A program made the position numbers and the translations under genes. The notes below the pieces were generated by a model. That model saw nothing but the letters and a program-made list of their open reading frames with translations. It made no database searches and had not been told where the DNA came from. A stretch of DNA of 13,792 nt, from the NCBI GenBank assembly GCA_038046645.1, contig JBBSVU010000025.1, forward strand, positions 1 to 13,792, written 5' to 3'. Position 1 is the stretch's first letter. Each line of letters starts with the position of its first letter. Below, piece by piece: positions 7,909-13,792 of this stretch. This DNA comes from an archaeon. GTDB lineage: Archaea; Iainarchaeota; Iainarchaeia; Iainarchaeales; 0-14-0-20-34-12.

Positions 7909-8385
7909 TTAACTTCTTCTTGGAGTAGTTCTCCTTGTTTCTTTTCTTTTATCCCAAGCTTCTTTTACTGCTTGATAGCCTTTTTTCCCTGCTTCAGCAG
8001 CAAATCTTCCTGCTTTTTTTAAATTTTCAGGCCCTGCAGCTGCAGCACCTAAAGCTACTGCCCCGCCATAAGGCGGATACAATAATGCCCCTCCAACCCC
8101 GGCACCGATCATTGCAGCTTTTCTGGCAGTTTCACCTGTAGCCCTGCCTTTTCTCCAGCCTCTTTTTCCTTTGGCATAAACATAAGCAGCACCTGCGCCT
8201 GCTGCAGCACCAACCCCTCTTTTTGCAACCTGTGATGCAGCTTCTTCAACAGTATTTGCTACATTAGCCCTAAAATTTGGGCTTACTGCCATTGCAGTTC
8301 CAAATGCAGCAGCTCCTGCTATCCCTGCAATAATTGCAGCCCTTTTTACTTTCTGCCCAAATGTCCTTCTTCTCGGCCTTGGCAT
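7909..8385 (-). CDS. Hypothetical Gly/Ala-rich basic membrane-associated protein (glycine-zipper-like)
   Basis: 158 aa; Arg-rich N-terminus, hydrophobic AAIIAGIAGAAAFGTAMAV, GxxxG runs; GCA-rich host-like codons; purine-rich GAGATGGT upstream. Confidence 0.75.
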   Translation of the reverse strand: MPRPRRRTFGQKVKRAAIIAGIAGAAAFGTAMAVSPNFRANVANTVEEAASQVAKRGVGAAAGAGAAYVYAKGKRGWRKGRATGETARKAAMIGAGVGGALLYPPYGGAVALGAAAAGPENLKKAGRFAAEAGKKGYQAVKEAWDKRKETRRTTPRRS

Positions 8386-8464
8386 TTTACCATCTCATTT
8401 CAATCTTTTGATAAATAAATATTTTCCCAATGTTTTAAATATTGGTTCTACTGAAGGTGTGAGG

Positions 8465-8593
8465 TTATAACTCTGCAAGTTCTTTGTAAAATTCTTTATA
8501 TTCTTTCATATGTGCCTTTACTATGTTTTTTATGTCCTTCCATTCTGCCATTGTAATAGGCTCTCTTTTCCCCTTTATCTTCATTATTTTCAT
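8465..8593 (-). CDS. Unannotated 42-aa protein, putative Doc antitoxin
   Basis: Hand translation MKIMKIKGKREPITMAEWKDIKNIVKAHMKEYKEFYKELAEL; SD GAGGA at 8601-8605; 53 nt downstream of doc on the same strand; amphipathic C-terminal helix ending ELAEL. Confidence 0.7.
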   Translation of the reverse strand: MKIMKIKGKREPITMAEWKDIKNIVKAHMKEYKEFYKELAEL

Positions 8594-8646
8594 CTAAAAT
8601 TCCTCATTCCTTTTATAATTTCAAAATTTCTGATTTTAAAATTGCA

Positions 8647-9009
8647 TTAACCCTGTCGCGTATGGTTTGCTATCCAAGTTACAATCTCCTCAATGCTTGT
8701 TTTTGGTTTTACTGACCAGACAACAACATTAAACCTTGATGTTTCTCCAACCACTAATTTTTTGCCATTTAATTCCAAAAAAGCCAGCATAGATTCAAAT
8801 GCAGTTCGTTTATTTCCATCAGCAAAAGGATGCCTTCTTGCAATTTCCATAAGAAGGATAGCTGCCTTTCTATCGATTCCTCTTGTATTTGCTACCTTAA
8901 AAACAACATACTCAAGTTCTGCATCACTCCTTAAAATACCTTCATGAACTTGCTTGTTTATGCTGATAATAGCCTCTTTTGCTAGCGTTTTAGCATAAAT
9001 TCTTGCCAT
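8647..9009 (-). CDS. doc: Fic/Doc family toxin (Doc type)
   Basis: HPFADGNKRTA motif (Doc-type NKR); ATG 9009 lies about 25 nt after a TTTAAA TATA-like box. Confidence 0.9.
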   Translation of the reverse strand: MARIYAKTLAKEAIISINKQVHEGILRSDAELEYVVFKVANTRGIDRKAAILLMEIARRHPFADGNKRTAFESMLAFLELNGKKLVVGETSRFNVVVWSVKPKTSIEEIVTWIANHTRQG

Positions 9010-9015
9010 GTATTT

Positions 9016-9034
9016 ATTCTGTAAATTACAGAAT
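9016..9034. promoter_or_regulatory. Perfect palindrome, putative operator of doc
   Basis: ATTCTGTAA-A-TTACAGAAT between the TATA-like box and the doc ATG. Confidence 0.55.
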
Positions 9035-9117
9035 TTAAACATATCGCCATCTAAAAGGGCATATGGTTTAGCATTGCGAATTTGTAGCAGTTATGTTCCT
9101 TAACTATTTTGCTAATA

Positions 9118-9267
9118 TTACCCTTTAATTAAAAGAATTATCCCTAATGCCAAAAATATCAATCCTATATATGGCGTTGCAATATCCACAGGGGCAGGCA
9201 AAACCTTCATCCCTGTTCCAACAGCAATCCCAATCATGAATAATGCAACAGCATGCCTATCAGCCAT
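9118..9267 (-). CDS. Unannotated 49-aa two-TM small membrane protein
   Basis: Hand translation MADRHAVALFMIGIAVGTGMKVLPAPVDIATPYIGLIFLALGIILLIKG; strong SD AAGGAGG just upstream; host-like codons. Confidence 0.8.
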   Translation of the reverse strand: MADRHAVALFMIGIAVGTGMKVLPAPVDIATPYIGLIFLALGIILLIKG

Positions 9268-9392
9268 AATATCCCTCCTTTAGTGAATAATAAATAATTG
9301 AATTTTATGCTAGTAATCTTAACCGTGTGAGCGAGAAATCTACCGCCTTTAGACTGTAGATGAAAGTGAACTCCCAACAGTAATCCTTCCTG

Positions 9393-9428
9393 TTCAGCGG
9401 AAATCTACTCTCTCACAGTCTTTATAAA
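9393..9428 (+). promoter_or_regulatory. Conserved upstream cassette with TATA box (copy 2), before tnpB
   Basis: TTCAGCGGAAATCTACTCTCTCACAGTCTTTATAAA; TATA ends 23 nt before ATG 9452. Confidence 0.8.
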
Positions 9429-9451
9429 GCCCAAAAAGCTTTTATTTGTGC

Positions 9452-10582
9452 ATGTTGCTCACATATAAATTTAGGATATATCCCTCAAAGCAACAAGAAC
9501 AAAAACTATTTTTTGTTTTGGATAAATGCCGTCTTACATACAACAAACTGCTTGAAATATTAAACAAACAAAATAAAATAAATCAAGCAGAGATACAAGC
9601 AGCAATACCTAAACTAAAAGAACAATATCCAGAACTAGATGGAATATACTCCAAAGTACTGCAGTATGAATGTTATAGGCTCTTTTCAAATCTACGGGCA
9701 TTGTCAAGGCTAAAGAAGAATGGAAAGCATATAGGCTGTTTAAGGTTCAAGGGAAAAGACTGGTTCAAAACATTTACTTACAACCAGTCAGGCTTTGTTC
9801 TTGAGATAAAAAATAAGAAATATAACAAGTTAAATCTCTCAAAAATAGGTTCTCTTTCGATAAGAACCCACAGAATAATAAATGGAGAAATAAAGCAGGT
9901 GCAGATAAAGCGAGAATGCTCAGGCAAATGGTTTGCCTTATTATGCATTTATATTACCGAACAAAAAAAGCCAAAATCAAAAACAAACAAATCAATTGGC
10001 ATAGATTTAGGAACAATAAACTTCATTTATGATTCTGATGGAAATCATATTGATCATCCTATGTTTCTTAATAAATCATTAAAGAAGCTAGCAGCAGAAC
10101 AGAGAAAACTTTCTAAGAAAAAGAAAGGCTCAAGCAACAGAATAAAACAAAAAATAAAAGTAGCTAGAGTGCATGAAACAATCTGCAACCAAAGGAATGA
10201 TTTCCTGCATAAGCTATCAAGAAAATATGTAAACAACTATGATTTCATAGCAGCAGAAGATCTGAATATAAGAAGCATAATAGAAAAATCATATTCAGCA
10301 AAATACATTATGGATGCGTCTTGGAACTCTTTTTTACTGATGTTGAAATACAAGGCTGAAAGCGCTGGTACTTCATTTGTAAAAGTAAACCCAAGGGACA
10401 CAACAAGCAAGTGTTACAAGTGCGGAACAATAGTTAAAAAACCATTATATGAAAGAATACATAAATGTGCTTGCGGTTTTGAAATAGATCGAGATTACAA
10501 TGCAGCATTGAATATATTAAAATTGGGTCTGGACAAGGCCTGTATGCCTTTGGAGCTTCTCAATAGAGAAGCGATGAATTAG
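9452..10582 (+). CDS. tnpB: TnpB RNA-guided DNA endonuclease
   Basis: TYKFRIYP N-terminus; RuvC-I IGIDLG, RuvC-II AEDL, zinc finger CYKC...CAC, RuvC-III DRDYNAALNI; all three catalytic acids present. Confidence 0.96.
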   Translation: MLLTYKFRIYPSKQQEQKLFFVLDKCRLTYNKLLEILNKQNKINQAEIQAAIPKLKEQYPELDGIYSKVLQYECYRLFSNLRALSRLKKNGKHIGCLRFKGKDWFKTFTYNQSGFVLEIKNKKYNKLNLSKIGSLSIRTHRIINGEIKQVQIKRECSGKWFALLCIYITEQKKPKSKTNKSIGIDLGTINFIYDSDGNHIDHPMFLNKSLKKLAAEQRKLSKKKKGSSNRIKQKIKVARVHETICNQRNDFLHKLSRKYVNNYDFIAAEDLNIRSIIEKSYSAKYIMDASWNSFLLMLKYKAESAGTSFVKVNPRDTTSKCYKCGTIVKKPLYERIHKCACGFEIDRDYNAALNILKLGLDKACMPLELLNREAMN

Positions 10583-10636
10583 GAAGCCACGGGCTTTAGC
10601 CTGTGGAGGATGTCACTAACTAAGTTTTATTTAAGC
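10520..10636 (+). ncRNA. Predicted TnpB omegaRNA (reRNA): scaffold to 10616 plus flanking guide of about 20 nt; 5' boundary uncertain
   Basis: Stems GGTCT/AGGCC (10526-10540), GCTTCTC-AATA-GAGAAGC (10555-10572) and the right-end hairpin (10587-10606), ending in TCAC; position matches known TnpB reRNA architecture. Confidence 0.7.
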
Positions 10637-10655
10637 TTTGCTTAGAATATACTAT

Positions 10656-13600
10656 ATGGCAGGTACTTTAAAATATGGCATTTTTCTGCTGGCCCTTTTA
10701 TTTTTAATTAGCGGCATTAATGCCCAATTCTGCGCTTCGAATGAAGAATGCCTTACCAACCAAGAATGTTTGGCAGGCATTTGTGTTCCATCTGAGGAAA
10801 ATGATGTCTGTTTCCAAAATGAAGATTGTGCTTCAGGCCTTGTTTGCAAGGAAGGGATTTGCCAAAAACAAAGCAAAGGGTTAGGTGCATTAGCTAAAAA
10901 TATTGCAGAAGCCCAGCCAATTTATGCTGTTGGCTCAGCAATAATAAAAAAAATTAAAAGCTGTGAAAGCCCAGCAGATTGTACTCCGGAAAAAGTTGGC
11001 GGCAAATTAGGCTATACCTGTTTAGATAAGTCCTGTGTTGAAGGCTATGATGGTTATCCCTGTTTTGGTGCAGATAATTGTTTAGGTGGGATATGCAGTG
11101 CTTCTGGTTTTTGCAGTTCTATCGGCGGTGAAGGTTATGCATGTTCTGCTGATTCAGGTTGCCAAACAGGTTTTTACTGTTCAGAGAATTCCTGCAAGGA
11201 TTCAGCAGTTAATGTAAAGGTATTTTTTGCTGAAAGCCAATATCTGAAACAAAGGAGATATGCTGCATTTTTGGAAGGGTTCCATCCTTTGCTTAAGGAT
11301 AATTTCAGCAAGGATAAAAAAAATCCGATTGTTTTAACTGTTTCAGAAAATGTCCCAAACAGCTATTATTCAAATTATTTGGTATATCCAAAGGTTTCTT
11401 ACCCTATTTCAGGCCTCGCATTGGATCTTTCTTTTGGCTCGCAGAACAAGCCAGATGTTTCTTTTAAAGGTTTAAACCCTGCAGGTTTTACTGTAAAGCT
11501 TACAGGAGAACAAGAGCCCTATTTTTTAGAGCTTATTTTTAATTCTGACAAAAAGGATGCGATAACGCAAGGAAAAGTAGTAAAGAAGATCTCTGGCAGC
11601 ATTATTTTTACCTATTCCAAGTTATGGCCTGCAAAGGAAATAGAAATACCAGTAATTATTTTTAACAATCCCTGTAAGATTGAAGCAGCAGAATCTGAAA
11701 CAGCACAGACATACTTAGATCTAATTGAATGTTATGATGCAAGGATAGCAGCAGCAAAGGTAGATTATGCTGCTGAATACAAAAAGGCAAAGCAGGCATT
11801 TGATGGCAATCTGTGGAAGTTTGTAGAAGAAAAGCCTGTTTATTTTGTAAATTTTGCAACGCTAAAAGAAACACTTGAAAGATACAATAAATTTGATTAT
11901 TGGGGCATTAAAAAGGCGTTATTTGAATCAGATTCCATTGTCGTAAGGGATGAGCAGGAGCTTTTGGGCAAGAAAAGTGTTCAGGCAGAACTTGCATCGC
12001 AATTTATGCTGCTTGAAGAAATCCCTGATAAATACGGCAATTTTGTAAATAATGCATTTTCAGATAAATTGGCTATTTATTCAGTATTGGAAAATGAAAT
12101 CCCAAAACTGCCAGAAGAAACAAAAAAAGAGTTATCTTCAGTCATTGTTCAGGATAAAAAAGTTACTCAAGCAGCATTAAACAAATGGGCAGCAGAAAAA
12201 AAGATGATGAAAGACCCGTTTGATAAAGCTAACAGGGATGAATATATTGCAAAAATAATAGAATTGGAAAAAACAATAATAAAAGACACTTCCTATAAAG
12301 TTTCATATTCTAATACTCAATTGACAGATTTGGAAACAAAGCTGCAAGAGGCTGCAAAGAAATATAGGGCTGCATTGTTAAGTGATGCACAGGTTTCAAC
12401 CGCAGAAAATGAATTGAAACAGGTATTAAATGAAATTTTGGATGGGCATTATGGTTCTGCCACTGAGATAATAACGAAATTTGAGGCAGAAATAAAAAGG
12501 CTTGAGGAAGAATCTGCAGCATTAAAGAATTCCCTTACCAATTCCATAGGCCTTGATTCACTGCAATCACATGCAATAAATCCTCTTACCTGGGTTGGCA
12601 AGCCGTTTGAATTACTTGGCGCGTTAATATTTGGCGGCTCTGCATTCGCATCAGAAGAGGAGATTGCAAAAGCCAAGTCAAAGGTAGAATACAGGATTGA
12701 ATCATTGGAAAAACAGAGGTATAATTTAATTAACCACATAATTCCTGAATTGGGCAAAGGTAAATCTTTGTTAGGTATTTCTGCTGATATTACCTTAAAG
12801 CTTAAAAATTTCGCTTCAGATTCAGACTCGCAGAAATTTAAAGAATTTGATTCTGTGCTTGAAACATTTGAGAATAATGAAGTAGTGAGGACAGAATACA
12901 GGAAGCAGCATCTGCTTTTGAACAAAAGTTTCTTGCTTGATATGGCTGATGCATCAACATATTTTTCTACATTGCATGCGCTTGAGCTTGAAAGGGATAC
13001 CCTGCTTGGCACAGAAATTCTTTTGACTGCGCAGAAAGAGGAAATACTGGAAGGCAAAGAGCTGAGGGAAGAAAATTTAGTAAATTTGATTAGGAGAGTA
13101 GTTAAGGTTTCAGAAGATGAGGTTCAGCAAACAATATCGCTTGCGAATAAACTTGGTGAAGAAAGAAAAGGGATTGAAAAAATATTAATGCAGTTGAATT
13201 TAGGAACGCCTTTGGCTGAAATTGTTGATGCAAACAAAACATTGAATAAAACGGATTTTGACCTTGTCGAAGGATACTTCTTGAGAGTAAATAATGAAAT
13301 TTATATTTTGCTGCAGGATTATGATGAGGAAACAAATGAAGCTACAATAAGGGCTTTCCAGAATGGAATAGGAAAAACACAGATTAAGGCAAAGGTTGGT
13401 GAAACAGTTTCTTATCCTGAAATTCCAGGATTATCAATTGCATTGGAAAGCCATAGCAAGGAAGGTGTCACTGATATTATAAAAGCAAGGATAGTGCACA
13501 ATTCCTCATGGAAAGAAAAACCTCTTACCGCCTGGAATTTTACAAACAGGATTGTATTTGATGTCCCAAAAGCAGGGGCGTATGTTGCAATTGATTTAAG

Positions 13601-13790
13601 TGATGAGAAATACGGTGTTGAATCCCCGCATATCTATGTTTTGTTTTCAAATGGCGGCATAAGTTATAATCAGGCTGTGAAAGAAATAGAGGAGGAAGGA
13701 AAAAGCCTTCTGGATTTGTATGATGAAATACTTAAATTTTTCAGAGGAGTATCCGGAATCAGGGATAAAGGCAGAGTTGCAATATATTAG
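10656..13790 (+). CDS. Large secreted/surface protein (1044 aa) with N-terminal Cys-rich repeats and long helical/coiled-coil region
   Basis: Signal peptide MAGTLKYGIFLLALLFLISGINA; about five C-x4/5-C...C-x4-C modules; Glu/Lys/Leu-rich helical middle; internal hydrophobic segment; TAG stop at 13788-13790; TATA-like TTTATTTA about 25-30 nt upstream. Confidence 0.8.
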   Translation: MAGTLKYGIFLLALLFLISGINAQFCASNEECLTNQECLAGICVPSEENDVCFQNEDCASGLVCKEGICQKQSKGLGALAKNIAEAQPIYAVGSAIIKKIKSCESPADCTPEKVGGKLGYTCLDKSCVEGYDGYPCFGADNCLGGICSASGFCSSIGGEGYACSADSGCQTGFYCSENSCKDSAVNVKVFFAESQYLKQRRYAAFLEGFHPLLKDNFSKDKKNPIVLTVSENVPNSYYSNYLVYPKVSYPISGLALDLSFGSQNKPDVSFKGLNPAGFTVKLTGEQEPYFLELIFNSDKKDAITQGKVVKKISGSIIFTYSKLWPAKEIEIPVIIFNNPCKIEAAESETAQTYLDLIECYDARIAAAKVDYAAEYKKAKQAFDGNLWKFVEEKPVYFVNFATLKETLERYNKFDYWGIKKALFESDSIVVRDEQELLGKKSVQAELASQFMLLEEIPDKYGNFVNNAFSDKLAIYSVLENEIPKLPEETKKELSSVIVQDKKVTQAALNKWAAEKKMMKDPFDKANRDEYIAKIIELEKTIIKDTSYKVSYSNTQLTDLETKLQEAAKKYRAALLSDAQVSTAENELKQVLNEILDGHYGSATEIITKFEAEIKRLEEESAALKNSLTNSIGLDSLQSHAINPLTWVGKPFELLGALIFGGSAFASEEEIAKAKSKVEYRIESLEKQRYNLINHIIPELGKGKSLLGISADITLKLKNFASDSDSQKFKEFDSVLETFENNEVVRTEYRKQHLLLNKSFLLDMADASTYFSTLHALELERDTLLGTEILLTAQKEEILEGKELREENLVNLIRRVVKVSEDEVQQTISLANKLGEERKGIEKILMQLNLGTPLAEIVDANKTLNKTDFDLVEGYFLRVNNEIYILLQDYDEETNEATIRAFQNGIGKTQIKAKVGETVSYPEIPGLSIALESHSKEGVTDIIKARIVHNSSWKEKPLTAWNFTNRIVFDVPKAGAYVAIDLSDEKYGVESPHIYVLFSNGGISYNQAVKEIEEEGKSLLDLYDEILKFFRGVSGIRDKGRVAIY

Positions 13791-13792
13791 TA

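Larger units (their letters stand above)
9323..10616 (+). mobile_element. Non-autonomous IS200/IS605-family element (tnpB only, IS1341-like)
   Basis: Left end: TTAA|CCGTGTGAGCGAG-AAAT-CTACCGCCTTTAGACTGTAG hairpin. Right end: GAAG-CCACGGGCTTTAGCCTGTGG hairpin, then AGGATG-TCAC. The two ends align. No tnpA, terminal inverted repeats or target duplication. Confidence 0.85.

Noticed and set aside
9095..9110. TAACTA match to the start of the TnpB guide
   Set aside because: Only 6 nt match and no TTAA TAM directly 5' of it; not a credible second target.
7935..13335. ORFs 7935..8141, 8693..8947, 10054..10236, 10652..10876, 11662..11874, 12310..12522, 12449..13057, 13102..13335
   Set aside because: All lie antisense within longer supported CDSs and show shadow-ORF composition.
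1..13792. CRISPR array, tRNA or rRNA genes
   Set aside because: No regularly spaced repeats or GC-rich structural RNA segments seen by eye; intergenic gaps are short and AT-rich.

Overview
AT-rich archaeal window, judged from TATA boxes about 25-30 nt before starts, apparently leaderless genes, an AIP-synthase-like CDP-alcohol transferase and archaeal-type VapBC pairs. A DPANN/Iainarchaeota-like host is an inference only. Contents in order: two divergent vapBC modules, a CDP-alcohol phosphatidyltransferase, lemA-htpX, a short asparaginase-domain protein, a free-standing intein-type LAGLIDADG endonuclease overlapping the 3' end of ino1, a divergent PadR regulator, a HEAT-repeat protein, a Gly/Ala-rich basic membrane protein, a Doc toxin with an unannotated 42-aa downstream partner, an unannotated 49-aa membrane protein, a tnpB-only IS200/IS605 element (9323-10616) with readable ends, TAM and omegaRNA hairpins, and a 1044-aa secreted Cys-rich/coiled-coil protein. 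The most striking observation is that the two unrelated selfish nucleases (LAGLIDADG and TnpB) carry nearly the same 36-bp upstream cassette (30/36 identical, TTCAGCGGAAATCT...TTTATAAA) at almost the same distance from their start codons, which suggests a shared regulatory input.
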